DNA of 64,000 nt from Azolla caroliniana (GCA_043228905.1 JBHGNT010000005.1:8680001-8744000), one strand, 5' to 3'. Counted from the stretch's first letter, positions 1 through 13,749 are shown. Notes: generated from the letters alone by a model not told the origin. Numbers and translations are program-made.

Positions 1-1301
1 TCCAAAGGGACAGTGTGAATACGGTCATTATACACTCGTATTCGACATTGTCCTCATAGGCCAAGAAGACAGGTGAACCAAATAGTTGCTAGTTCTAATT
101 GTACTAAACCTGAGTCTATTTCAGTAGGAATATCTGATAGTCCTAATAGTACTAATAGCCCAAATCTATCGAACAAATTTGATGTCCTTAGTCAGTTAGA
201 AGAAGAGTTAAATGACTAAGTCCAGCCAAAATAGGAGTCGTTTGGTTGGACATCCCTAGATCTGTGCAACCCATTAGTGGTTTGATTCCCTCTAAGCAAG
301 TTAGCAATGTGTTCTTAGTCCAAGTAATAGTTAGTACTAAAAGTACCTCTCAAGTACATGTCTCAGCACTCCTAGATTCCGGAGCTAATTCTTGCTTCAT
401 GGATAGGAATTTTGCCCAAGCTCATCAGATATCCCTAAGAAAACTCCCGTGTTCGGCCTCTGTAGTAGTCATTGATGGTCATCCCATTGCTTCCGAAAAT
501 ATCATAGAAGAGTCAGAGCCCGTTAATATTGCCCTAGATAATTTAGCGTGTGTAGTATCCTTTAATATAATTAGTATCCCAGAACATCCCATTGTTTTGG
601 GATTACCATGGTTCGAATTACATAACCCAGATATAGATTGGAGAACAAGGGAAATCCGGCATCCACAAACCCGAGGATCTACTCATAAGATTGCAACTAT
701 TTCGCTACATCAGTTGCGTGAGGAAGGATGTAAGGAAGAAATGTTTTTCTTCGCAGTATTAGTAAAACCCTCCAACACCACTAAAGAGGAGTCCACTATT
801 CAACTTCTAGAGAAGTATCGTCATTATGCCGATGTGTTCGATAAAGTACAAGCCAATACGCTTCCTCACCATCGACCGTATGATTGACCCATCGATTTAC
901 AACCAGGAAAAGAGCCACTATGGGGACCGATCTACAATTTGTCACCAACTGAGCTAGAAGTCCTTCGAGCCTATATAGAGGAGAATTTGGCAAATGGTTT
1001 CATTTGACATTTGAAATCTCTAGTCGGCGCACCCATTTTCTTCGTCAAGAAAAAGGATGGATCACTTCGTCTCGTCGTAGATTACCGTGGCTTGAATAAG
1101 GTCACCATCACGAATAGGTAGGCACTTCCCCTTATCTCAAGTCTTTTAGAACGGATCAATGGTGCAAGGTTCTTCACAAAGATCGACTTACGAGGAGCAT
1201 ATAACCTCGTACGGATCCGACTAGGAGATGAATGGAAGACCGCGTTTCGCACCAGATATGGGCACTTCGAGTATACGGTCATGCCGTTTGGCCTCACTAA
1301 T
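1..1301 (+). mobile_element. Decayed Ty3/gypsy (chromovirus/Tcn1-like) fragment: gag C-terminus, aspartic protease and N-terminal half of RT
   Basis: The gag end (IRHCPHRP...EEELND*) stops at 219. The protease carries ALLDSGA and ends in LGLPWF (ORF 246-887). RT motifs [43 protein letters not shown] and [23 protein letters not shown] follow, with in-frame stops. It breaks off at ~1301 against a minus-strand copia. Confidence 0.9.
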
Positions 1302-1667
1302 TTTGAGACCTTTGGCATACATGGCTGATTCCACCTCATTGGAATCGAGGATGAACATTCGATCGTCTTTCCGTCCTTTAGCTATGAGTCAGCCATCTTT
1401 CTCAATGAAGCATCCTTCATTGGTGAACCGAACTTGCATGCCTTGCTCCATGATTTGGCCAACTGACACCAAATTCTTCGTTATTGTGGGTACGTGCAAG
1501 AAATTCTTGATGCAATTGTTTTGGCCGTCGCTTCCGAATGGAACGTTGCCGATGTGCTGAATGGGATGTGTGGTGTCATCTCCCGTCTCTATGAAGCCTG
1601 GTCGATCTAGCGTTCTTAAGACATGAAACCACTCTTGGTGTGACGTCATATGATGTGAGGCACGGGA

Positions 1668-3551
1668 TGTTGATCATTGGTCGGACTAGCCACAACACAA
1701 GGTGTCCTCTCCCGGAACACTTCTCCAAAGGGGTGGTAGGGTTCCCTGCATCGGTCGTTGCGATCGCACTCATAGTCATCGTGTCTTCTGTCATTGTACC
1801 GATCCCCACGTTTTGGTCGGTAACGGTCCTCCCTCTGGAACCGTTTGTCATCCGGTTCGTGACTGCTACGTGGTTCAATGTTCCGCATCGGTGCCGCTTG
1901 TCGGTTGAGCAAGTTATACTCACATCGGTCCATTGTATGTGCCCGTGAGTGGCATATCATACACTACGTCCTCATTGTGCAGTCTACCGTAGAATGGCCC
2001 GAGTTCAGACACGTTGTGCATTGCAACGCCTGGCAAAACCTAAGATCCTCCTTATTTGGAAGGGCCCTATGAAGGGCTCCCATCGTCATTAGGGAGCTAT
2101 GTTTATCCACTTCCAAGACCCAATCAATGACTTGATCCATCTTGTTGGCCTGGAAATCCAGTACCGTGCACATCGTTCGGAGGGGTTCCCGTAGAGCGGC
2201 CAGAAACATTGCTTTCGCCTCATCCTCCAGAGGTGCCCTTGTGAATTAGTTGTGTAGTGTTTGAAATCGGATGATAAATTGGGGCACTGTCTCCTGCTTC
2301 TCTTGGTGGTTTATGTAAAACTGACCGACTAGTTCACGTTGTTCCACTTGCCTATGGAATAGTCAGAGGAATTTTGTTTTCAAGGCCTCGAATGTGGCAA
2401 AGCTTCCGGGTAGATGCTTTGTGTGCCAGTGGGCCGCCGGTCCCTCTAATGTCATGCCAAATTCTGCAATTTTTGACCGTTCGGCTTCCGGTTCTGTCAT
2501 CCTTTGGGAGACATGATTTGCTTCCCATGTTTGTAGGAACGCATAGACGTACGCCTCCGCGTTAGGGTCATCACAGTACTTCGGATACAGGTACGGCATG
2601 GTGCAGTCTTCGAAAGGTTGTACCGAAGGTGTGTGGTCTTGTTCTTGCTCTGCGGGTGGTGTTGGTGTGCGTTCTCTTACTTTCTCCGCAGTTGGTGTTG
2701 GTGTGCATTTGGTCTTGTTTGGATATTGCCACTCTCCTGGTACCAAGGGTAATTCCTCCATTGGTTCTGGTGTCAATGAGTCGTCTGATTCATCGTCCTC
2801 CGAATCGTCTGGAGTATTGTGGCTGCTTTTGTAATTTGATTGAACGCTCTGTTCACTATCTGATTCCGACTCCAAGGCCAAGAATGCCTCCGAGTCTCTG
2901 TCGCCTTCGGCAAGTGTCCGCAGTATCGATTCTGCCTCTTGCAGACTCGTCAGGCTATTGCCCTCGTCGGAAAATTATTGTTCTTGGAACCGAAGTGCTT
3001 CTTCCGCGGCCCTCCGAAGCACTCTGGGAAAAGACTGATCTTGTCTTTCGGCTAGTCTTCTTCCTCGTTCGGTGACTTGGTCGTTAGTCGATCTAGACAT
3101 TCATCCCCCAGTGTTCTCTGCTCACTGCAGGAATCGTGGTCGCCAAATTAGTGTTGATCCTTGGCCGGACTAGCCACAACACAAGGTGTCCTCTCTCGGA
3201 ACACTTCTCCAAAGGGGTGGTAGGGTTAGGATGCTTCCGTAATTAACACGCGTAAGATCTTAATATTAACCACAGACGGAAAGTATACAAGACGCAAGCA
3301 TCAATTACTCGATATATATAATCTTCTATTACTTCCGTAAACACTACATCGGGTCGGATCCTTTTATAGGAATCCGGTGTCATTACAAAGCGGTGCCCTA
3401 TCGGCAACCGGCTACGAATCGGTTCGGATCCGGATCGATACAACTATACCGGATCCATCCCTAAGAATAATAATTCTATTTAATTCTAAATATATATATT
3501 TCTCCGACTCGCCCTTTTCCTACTTATCATTTGGCCCTTAACCGGCCAACA
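1668..3551 (-). mobile_element. Internally deleted gypsy-like LTR element (full 5' LTR, PBS, gag, 76-bp remnant of 3' LTR) nested in copia protease
   Basis: Full LTR 3152-3551; its first 76 bp recur at 1668-1743. PBS TGGCGACCAC lies 6 nt from the LTR on minus. Gag-like ORFs 2363-2881 and 1964-2209 include a CTTCLNSGHSTVDC knuckle. Degenerate 5-bp TSD CGGGA (1663-1667) / CCGAA (3552-3556). Confidence 0.85.
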
Positions 3552-4717
3552 CCGAAGTCGACGAACCACACGTCTTCCGACTTGGAGGTGCTCGTGGAGT
3601 CGGAGGCCGTCATAGAGTTCGCTCTATGTCTCATTACAAATAGTCCACCGTAGTCTTCGTATTCAGAATTGGTGGCGTAGTTTGTGAGTTGTCGGCTTGT
3701 AGAAGCCGACTCACTTTTCTTTTTCCAACACTCCTCTTCGAAGTGGCCGATTTTGCCGCAAGAGTTGCAAGCAATGGGTCACATTTGCCGACCTTGTTCA
3801 GCATGGAAGCTCCCCCTTCTTCCAAAGGTTCCTCGATGGCTTCCGTTTTGTTGTCGAAGGTTTGAGTTCCCTTCGTGAGATGGGTCAAATCGACCTCTTC
3901 TACCACCTCGACCTCGTCCTCGGCCACCATCCGAATTCAAGAAGAACATTTGTCCTTCCGACGTCTTAGTCTTGGTTCGAACGTGGTTCTCTTCGACCAA
4001 TAGCATTGATAGAAGGTCAAAGAACGAAGGAGGGTTTTCTCATTCTAGGATAACCGTCCTTAATGAATTGAATCGTTGTGCAAGGCCGCCCAAGCATACT
4101 TGAACCATCTCGTCTTCGTTGACGATTATGTTGATGGAGCCAAGCGAGTCACAAATGCTCTTGATCTTGGCGATGTAGTCCGACACAAATATGTCTTTTT
4201 GCCTAATGTTGTTCAACTCTTGTCAGAGTTGAAGATTGCGAGCAGTCGTGTTGGCGGCAAACATCTTCTTCAAGTTCTCCCATGCCTCTTTAGGCATCTT
4301 GGCATCTCGAATGTGGCTAAGCATATGGTTGTGGACACATGTTGCCAAGCAATACATTACCTGAAGCGCTCCTTGCTCCCACGTTGGGTACTTGGTGTTT
4401 GTGATGTCGGGTTTGTTTCAAGTGCGCCGTTGATGTAGCTCCAATACCCTTGGCCGACAAGGTATTGGTTCATCTTGTACTCCCAAGATGACTAATTGCT
4501 CCAGTCTAGCTTTTTACTAGGGAGAGAGCTACCCATTTGTGTGTTCATTTTGATGTGGTGTCTTCCTTCTCAGCTTTTCTTCCTTTGGTCACGTACGCGT
4601 GCTACGTAGCGGCACTACGATAGCCGATAGCCGGATTTGTCGTCAGCGTCTCGAACACACAATCACGAAGAGTCGTGTGGGCTTAGTGGATGTGCTAAAC
4701 CACACGCTATAATACCA

Positions 4718-5151
4718 TGTTAAGAATTAGGTAATTAATTACGGGTTAATTAGTACCTAATTATGTGATTAAGTTAAATGAAAGATTAAATGATATGTGT
4801 GTGTATGTGTGTGAGAGAAAGAGAGAGAGGAAGTTAACACTTATGATCAACGAGACAAGATGGGGGATGATTAACTATATTAAAAAGAATCATCAAATAC
4901 AAAAATACCCACAATGAGGTATATATAGATCTCATGTGCAAGGGTGCACATGTGTGAGAAGAATATAGGTACAAAGGTGTAAGTCCTATATTAAATGTAC
5001 TTAGGAATGGAGGATCTAGAATATCCCACTTAAGTACAAGATCCTATTTAAGGATTTATAGTCAACACTTCTAACTAGATTCTATCTAGGTAACTAAGAA
5101 GTTACATGGTTGACTAAATAACTAAATGTAGTTGAGCTTGATATCTCAACA
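4718..5151 (-). repeat. 5' LTR of the copia element
   Basis: TG...CA termini, directly adjacent to the Met-type PBS, AT-rich. Confidence 0.75.
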
Positions 5152-5180
5152 AAGGGATAAGATAGGAATCGCATGGGTTA

Positions 5181-6047
5181 TGTGGAACCATCCAAAAAAC
5201 CCTAAGCGCTTATAAAACATGGGAGGACAACATTTAAGCATCGTGGTGGCAATTATTGAAGAAAGTATTCCACTTAAAACTCTCGTTCTTCATGTATTCA
5301 AACTTGGTTGTGTAATGGTATCAAGCATTATTGTGATATGGCAAACTTAGGAAATGAAGTAGGTGTAAGTTATATGAAAGATTGAAGGGTCTAGGACAAA
5401 TATGAGGACACGAAATAGTTGACATGACGTCAAAAAGAATAAAAAGACATTATTAGCACCATTGGCAAGAGCTTAAGCTAGGATTAGAAGGTGAGGGGTT
5501 CAAGTTCTCTCGGAACAACATGAGATCAAGCGAACGTCAATTGACACTATGCCCACACAAGGTGTTTGAGGAAGATAAGTGAACGTGTATCCTACCTGAA
5601 AGGATGTACTATACTATTTTTATTTTATTGAGGAGCCATAGATGCCTATAAAAGGGAGAGCTCATTGTGAGGAACCTAATTTTATACAAGACGAAAGCGC
5701 TATCAATGGGGATTCAAGATTAAGCATCAAGAGGGTGTTCAAGTGCACCAACGACAAAGGGTGACGAAGCCGTTTTGGTGGAACGTTGAATCGGAAGTTG
5801 AGGATCGTCGCAATCTATTTGCCAACAAGCTACTCCATGTAACGAAGTCGAGTTAACCTCTTTTGTCACTAAATTGATCATATAAACCTTTGATATATTA
5901 TGTATTTTTAAGATTAATATCAAATTAATTCTAGTAAATCTATTACCTAGTATTATTTGTAATCGAACAAGGATCATGACTGAATTTATAACTCAAAAAT
6001 CCAAACTCAAGCACCCGACAAGGAGGTCAAAAACATAATCCTTCACA
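5181..6047. repeat. Probable decayed solo-LTR-like sequence
   Basis: TG...CA-bounded segment with an LTR-style CCTATAAAAGGGAG TATA at ~5645. No TSD found, so the boundaries are uncertain. Confidence 0.3.
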
Positions 6048-7489
6048 ATTTCCCTCTGAAATGAGGGAGGCCAATTACAATTTGCCTAAACCCTAAGCCT
6101 TTACCTCATTGTTGTCGGTCATCACCAGCTTCCCACAATCTATTGTCGTCTCATTGCCACCTCTTGTCACCATCGTCTTTGTTATCGTCAACGTCACATC
6201 ATTTGTTGTTGCCACACTAATTGTTTCTCTCTACTATTTTTTGTCGTTGCTTCGTCTTTGCTCATTGTCATCAACTATCACTTCCGTCACCTCTTGACCT
6301 ACAAGTGACGTCAGTAGACATCACTTGGCCTCGACCCCACCATGTCACAATATACTTTCCACATCACCCATTTATACTTTCCCTTTGAACCCCCTTCACA
6401 TAACTTTACCTAAACAAACAAACAAAAACATAAAGAAACCTACCCACACCAATGACCCCCCTCACCATGCTTCACATCTAACACCTTACTCGTTCCTCAC
6501 CCACACTAGCGTACTTACCCGCTCGGGCAGTAATCACTCCCTAAAGCACCTCATACTCCACCACCACTAACAACAACAACAACAACCTATCTAAACACAT
6601 CTCCTCTGGCCACTAACTATTTCCAAGAGGTTCAACACCATAGGTTTTAATGTAGACCTGGGTGACCAATTTCAGCCCTCCCATGAACTACGACGACAAC
6701 TAGAACAACTTGAGCAAGGAGTGGGCAAACAGCTTGGAGGATTAATCCACAGCTTCTATCCCTTGGCAATTTGATTTTTGCGAACTCCCACTCCTCCACA
6801 CTAGGTTGTACTCATATTATCCAAAAGTTGTAGTTGAACACTAAGTTGGCCTCCAACCCCCACAAATCTATCACAATAAGATGATGGTGTGGTCAACTAC
6901 CATGCACATTGGCGCTAGAGGATGGCCCTATGAGGTCGTTGACCCCTTCACTGACTCGCCTAGTTCCCAACCACCATGGCACCTCCCATTTTTTGAAGAC
7001 CAACAATTTCAGCAATGGTTTGAAATATACACACTCTCACATCTGGATTGACACTGCCTTTTTCCTTTCAACATTACATTGGCCATGGGCAAAATACTTA
7101 GCCGTCCGGCAAAGGTGCTTCACACTCTTGTTTCAATTGGCCATTATTCCTTTCCTCTCACAAACACAATACCTCAAAATCATGAATGCTCCATGACACA
7201 TGTGATGACAAAATTAATTGATAAATATCTTGATATCCCTAATTCTCACATCCAAGCAATCATTCATATTTTGTAGCTTCTCTATATTCTCCTAGAGGCC
7301 ACCACATTTGATGCCTACCAATTCTATTATCCACCCCTAAGGAATAAAAACATGAAATTGTAATGATTCAACAAGATATTAGGAAGGCTTATAGTCATGT
7401 AAATTGGTCATTTTTTCCCCAACTTATGTCTCTTATGGGTCTCGGTGCAAGGATATCCTCCCTTGCTTTTGCATTGGGGGTAGGTGATG

Positions 7490-8031
7490 TGTCACCGGCT
7501 ACATTGAATGGTGAACCATATAATATCCCGTGATAAGATTGTACCGTAATATTCTATACACATGGATAAAGTGTGAGAGCTAATCGAGAGTGTAAAGAAG
7601 GGAGGATTACTTTTAATCCTAGGGATTGAGACAACCCATTAAGGCCAAGTGTGAACTTGCCTGGGGGCCTTAGGTCTGGCTATAAATATGAGGCCTAGCT
7701 ACCGTCATTTGATACATTATCGACTACAACGAGACTCTAATCTTGTGGTGATCAACTCTTGTAGCGAGCGCCAGCACCAAGTACAACTCAATGCCACGGT
7801 GGTGGTATGGGCCGTCGATCGAGGCTCAAGTCCGTCTCGGTCCCTTCGCTCGGTGGTGATTAGGTGGATCAACACCTTTCTTTCTCTCTCCTCTCTTATT
7901 TATCTATCTATTATTTCTTTATCATATGCTTACATTAGGATTAAGCTCAGATAACACTTTATCCACATGTATTGAATACTACGGGACAATCTTACCACGA
8001 GATATTATATGGTCATGCCCGTAACAATGTA
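7490..8031. repeat. ~540-bp element with long imperfect terminal inverted repeats (MITE/foldback or solo LTR)
   Basis: 7515-7574 is an imperfect reverse complement of 7954-8013, with weaker extension outward (CTACATTG/CAATGTAG). Internal CTATAAATA at ~7680. Confidence 0.6.
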
Positions 8032-9501
8032 GTAACGAGAGTGATGACTTTGACACGATCTATGTACAAGAGGGATACCATTGAGCCCATTATTGTTTGT
8101 CGTTACTACTCACCCAATTCTTTTTATGATGCATAACTTGGCAAATGTTTTTTATTTTGGTTCCCTAAAGATCTACCTAATAGTATAGCTAAAGTTATGG
8201 AAATGTGGATTGTGCTTGCATTGGCATCGTGGTTAGATATTAATTTGCATAAGTTTGTCCTAATTATGTGATGCACTAAGACTATTTTGTTTTATCTTGG
8301 ATAACATGGGGAAATATTCGACCAATGTGAGGTTTGTCACCATTTAGGTTGTCCTGTTTGTGTTAATATCTCACCGTCTTGAAGTTTGACATGCATATCC
8401 TATCGAGTATAATTTTAGATAAGTTTGTATAATAGAAGTCCCAAGTTGGCCATCTGCTACCCGACTAAAGTGGTGCAAGAAATAATAATTTCAATGATCT
8501 TTCATTTTTTTGCCATTGCTACCATGGAAAAAGAAATCACTTGATCGTTTCGCGCGTTCACTAAAATATACATTATGGAAGGAGTCAAGAATCAATGTGA
8601 GTGGCGTTTATGGGACGATATCTATATTCTGAAGACCTTATGGGGAGGATTTAGCGAAATTAGTCACTAAATTCAAAGGATCATATGGTTGCTCAAAGAT
8701 ATAGCTCTTACAAGGTATGTGTAGAGGAACTCGACCCTGGACAAAAGTAACTCATTATTTTTTGGAGATTCTTATACACCATGGGAATACAGGAATGGTA
8801 GCTTCATGATAGCATGTGGTAGGTATCGATCGATCATTTAAATGCTCAAAATCTATTGTGACTTAACAATCGATGCACTCCTAGGCTAATAGAGTTTAGA
8901 ATTGGTGAAGTGGCAACGACCCAAATGTAGACAAGGATACATACTAACTCTCTACCAACGGAGGTGTCTACTTGCATCCTCATGGGTAAATTACATTGGG
9001 ATGGAAAGGAAAATCTCAATGCGGAGTTCAAATGTACGACAAGACTTGGCTTGGTAGCTGGGCAAAATGATGTATGTTATAGAGTGAGTACGAGCGGATC
9101 ATGGCTTTGTGGACAGTGTCCACCACTAAGCTTCATATACATACATACATACCTCATGGCTAGATATGATATAACTATGTTTGGCGATTAGGTAATACAT
9201 TCTCGTGACCCTACTACTTTGGAAGAAAACGGTGCCCATAGATTGATCATTGACATGTTCGCATTCGTGAGGCGTCCGCCACGAATACGAATGCATTTTA
9301 AAAAAAAACGTATTCGTAAAAAGAAAGAGGAAATGATTGGGAATTTAGGGCACAATTCCGTGAAATTCTCAAAAATGTAAAAACCCAATAATTAGAAATC
9401 TTCTTTTTTGATTTTTGTTTTTCCTTTCGAAGATATTTTTCGAGAGCAGCAGAGCAGTGGACAGAGGCTACTCTGCTCTGCTTCGCTCGGATAAGCCTAC
9501 C

Positions 9502-12500
9502 ATGGCTTCCACGACCATTGCTCCTCCTCCTTCCTCTTCTGCTGCCGCAGACGCAGGAAGAAGAGACATTCTTTCTTTCTCCCAGAGTTGTGGAATCTTC
9601 AACCCTGGTTTCATTATGCCATCTTCTCTGCAGTCACGAAGAAATCTGGTTTCCAATGCATCGATTTCGTCGGTAAGAATAGTGGCCGTGGCTAATTCCA
9701 CGCCTTCTAGTTCAAGAGCCAAACGTGAACCAGAATCTTCTTCTTCTGTGTATCGCAAGCGTTTAGGCTCTGACCCAAATGCCAACGGTACCCCATGGAG
9801 GAAGGAAAGAGACATGGCAAAGCCTAAAGAAACCTCTTTTGTGAAGAAAGAAAATGTTAACAGATATAGACGTTCGGATCAAACGTTGATGAAAGATAAT
9901 AATGTGGGGAAGAAAGATATTTATTCTACATCCAAGTTTCCTAATTCTCCACGGATTTCAAATCAATTTAGAGATGCTGAAACTATTGGCTTCAACAAAT
10001 TCTCCCTTCTTGAAGAGGAAGAGGAAGATTTTATGGTTAAACCAAGGATAAACGTAGAACTTTATGGTAATTCAAGAAGAGATAGGACTATATCTGGTGC
10101 TGATTCGATAGGAAGTAATTTCCATTCAGGCGAGCACTTATTTGATGAGAATGGTGATGCTGCGTTCTCAAAAGAGACAAATGTTGAAGATGTCACTGGT
10201 TCTCTTCCTTCTCATATTACACAGACAAGGTATACTATTGTTGTCTTCGTTTTAAAGTATGATCTCCCTTGGACAGATTGGTCATTATTATGCAGAGGAA
10301 GAAGAAGAGGAACATACACAATGATTAATATACAAGTAGCAATTACCATGGACCTGAACACACATTATAATGATTAATTTCAAGAATGATAGTCAATATG
10401 TTGGATAACACACCAGGCTCTAAACTTGATAAATATCACTGGAGAACAAACCAGCAACTTGAATTATGTAATACCATGAACTTGAGTATACATTATAATA
10501 ACAATATACAATATGTTGGAAACATTGCATAATTGGGTACCAAGTCAAAAACTTGAACTTGATATGACATGTAGCTGTTTAGATTCTTTGCTCAAATTAT
10601 CAACATGACTCCTATTGTTTGTTTTGACATATCTCATTATTCCACAGATTTGATTCATTTGATATTTCACCACTATCAATCAAAGCCTTACATTCCATCC
10701 TGAAGTATGAAAGAATGACCGAAGTCCAGGAGGCAGCCTTTCCAGCAATTCTGCAAGGTATTTAAGTACATATAAGTACTACATCCACATGTATCTTCCA
10801 GGCTCCTCTATTCCTCTGCAAATGATTAAATGCACAAAAATTATATATCTATATATATATTCTCTGAAGTCTGCATAGACAACCATATTTACTTATCCAA
10901 GGTCTAATCCCAAATATAAAAGAAAAAACACTTCTGCTTTAAAAGAGAAGATATTGGACTATTATGTTTCAGGAAAATATTTTTAAAACGATTTTGATTA
11001 TAGGTAAGGATGTTTTAGCCAAAGCTAGAACTGGCACTGGAAAGACGATTGCCTTCTTGGTAAGAATTTATCATATTCAAGGCCTGAGTTGTCTTAGATT
11101 CTTCAAAAGTATTCATGAACAGCACCTTATTGCTCACCCCCCAAATTCTACCAAAAATGTTTGATCAGCTTCCAGCAATTGAAGCAATACTAAAAGCACC
11201 GGCTGCAAAACCTGGGAATCCAATTTCTATTCTTGTTGTGTGTCCTACTCGGGAATTAGCACAACAAGCTGCTACAGAAGCTCAAGTCTTGTTGACATTC
11301 CATAAGACATTTGGAGCACAAGTTGTGTATGGTGGAACCTCAATGCCGAAGGAACAACTGAATCTCCGGAAAAATCCTTGCCAGGTTAGTGAAAAACCTC
11401 GTGTACTTTATCAAATATGTCACAGTGAAGCAAAGAGTGCTGTATTTTGAATATGTCAGTGTATTTTCTAGGTTTGTTTAAGTCATTAGATTTCAAATTT
11501 CAGATAGAAGTTTGGCTACGTACTCTTCCTTCTTATTTATCTTGAGAACAAGGAGTCAAGTCAAGCAGTCGATGCTTCAACATTCCGTGTTTGAGAGTTT
11601 ACTGTTTAGGGTTTTGAGTTTTGAGTTTTTGGTTCCAATAGAATGAATGAATGCTCTGTGTCGTAATATTTAACGAGAACTAAATGAGTGAATATTGACT
11701 GAGTGTGATCCATCAGTTAACAAATGAATGGGATTGAATGGCTCAGGAATTACACCACTTGAGTGAGTGGAATCCCTTTTCCAGGGTTTTGAATTGCATT
11801 CCCTTAGTGCCTGAAAACTATTGCCAAATTGTCGTTTTGTATTTGGGAACTCTGTAAATGCAGATGAAACATTTTCTTCCATCAGGTATTTCACCGTATT
11901 ACTCAAATGATTGATGTTTCTTCTTGTAGATTCTTGTTGGTACTCCTGGAAGGCTAGTTGATCACATTCAAAATACTTCTGGCCTTGCAAATCAGTTGAA
12001 ATCTGTGAAGCTATTCATATTAGATGAGGCAGATCACATGCTTGACATGGGTTTTCGACAGAGTTTGGAGAAAATAATGCAAGTACTCCCTTCACACAGA
12101 CAGTCACTCCTATTCTCTGCCACCATACCAAAAGAGGTTAATTGAAATTGCCTCACTTGTTGCATGTGCTTAACAATGTGCAGAAGATGTTTGCTTAACA
12201 TGTAAGTTGAATTACAGGTTCATAATATTGCAAAAATTGCGTTAAGAGATGACTACTTATTTATTGATGCTGTTGGCAAGGACAATGAGGATACTCATTC
12301 CAAGGTAAATACCTGATCTTAAATACACTGTAAGTCTTTTGACTGATGATATATTATTTATTACATGCTATCTGGATGGAAAAATTCCCTTTCAGAAAGG
12401 GTTTTGGAACTTCAAAATCATAGAATTATTGACTGTGTACTCAGGTTAAGCAGCAGTTCATGATAGTTCCTCTTGAAAAGCAGCTCAGTGTTATCTATAC

Positions 12501-13749
12501 AACCTTGAAGAACCACATGAGATCAGATCCACAATACAAGGTTTATAACTGTTAAGTGTTGCCTGCTTCTCATTTATAATAGACATATTGCTAGTTTTTA
12601 AACTTCGTTGTTATACATAGGAAACATGATGCCTTGTTGAACCAAATGGTATATAATATCGTGTTTTACATAAACGTTGATGTCATTCACTACACACTAA
12701 ACGCAACACCTTGGTGAATGCATTTGTTAGGTCCTCGTGTTTTGCACAACAGCTAGAGTGACAGCCTTTATGTGCAGTCTTTTCACGAACCTCGGTTTCA
12801 ATTCAAGGGAAATACATTCCAGAAAGCAACAGAACTATCGAACTCGGGTTTCAGATGAGTTTCGGCATTCACAAGGTGGCTTAATTTTATTCACCTCCGA
12901 TGTGTCTGCCAGGGGCGTTGACTATCCAAATGTGACTCTTGTTGTCCAGGTTATGAATTCAGTACATACTCTTATCTTTCAGCTAAGACAAACGTGGAAT
13001 CCATGAAACTAGAATCAGGAAATGGTGAGCAGAAGTGTCAGTTAGTAACTAGACGAATATATATTGTCCTAAAATCCATTTGTCTCCTCAGGTAGGAGCT
13101 CCTTCTGATCTCCAACAATACATTCATAGGCTTGGAAGAACAGGAAGAGCTGGCAAAGATGGTGAAGGTTTGCTAATACTAGCTCCTTGGGAAAATTACT
13201 TCCTGAAAAATTTCCAGAAATTACCAGTGACAGAACTATTGCTACCAAAGCTCGAGCCACAAACTACTGATAAGGTAGTTATATAGCAAGATCCCTTAAT
13301 TACCGTTTTGTTTTTAAGTACAAAAATATCCCAAATGTTTTTGAAATTTAGGGTAAGTTTTCAAATGTTATCAAACTATTCCTATGTAGTTAACACATAT
13401 TAGTACTACATATAGGGGTATTCTGGTGATTCTCAAAAAAAATTGGGTAATGGTTTTCTTTTTGTGCTACTAATAAGGTTGTGTTCAATCATCTATGTCT
13501 TACATTGATTCTTCTTTACAGATTCTTCGAACTGCTGCTCAGATGGATTTGAAGAGTAGAGAAACGGCCTATCAGGCATGGCTCGGCTATTACAAGTCTT
13601 TAAAGGGCATAACACTAGAAAAAGTAGAGCTAGTAAGATATGCAAATCAATTTAGTGCATCAATGGGTTTTAAGGAGCCTCCAGCATTATCAAAAATGCT
13701 TATTAGTAAGATGAGTCTTAAAGGTGTTCCAGGTATAAGATGTGCCTGA
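9502..13749 (+). CDS. DEAD-box ATP-dependent RNA helicase (plant RH25/26/31/33/48-like, Mss116-type), probably organelle-targeted
   Basis: Ten GT-AG exons: 9502-10229, 10648-10757, 11004-11059, 11169-11384, 11930-12136, 12218-12304, 12445-12540, 12731-12949, 13092-13274, 13522-13749. Motifs: Q-motif (MTEVQ), AKARTGTGKT, PTRELA, TPGRL, LDEADH, SAT, SARGVD, HRLGRTGRAG and C-terminal AYQAWLGYY. The Ser/Ala-rich N-terminus resembles a transit peptide. Confidence 0.93.

Larger units (their letters stand above)
1302..5151 (-). mobile_element. Truncated Ty1/copia element (5' LTR, PBS-Met, gag, protease), split by a nested gypsy-like insertion
   Basis: LTR 4718-5151 (TGTTAAG...CTCAACA on +). PBS TGGTATTATAGC on minus at 4706-4717. 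gag starts at ~4548 and includes a CCHC knuckle (CNSCGKIGHFEEEC). The protease WFVD(F)G|ASHHMTSHQEWF is split between 3552 and 1667, followed by LHVPTITKNLVSVGQ. Truncated at 1302. Confidence 0.85.

Noticed and set aside
6050-7440. C-rich region that may be a decayed non-LTR element
   Set aside because: No diagnostic motif was recovered.
11385-11929. Possible intronic snoRNA in the helicase gene
   Set aside because: No canonical RTGATGA C box paired with a CTGA D box and terminal stem.
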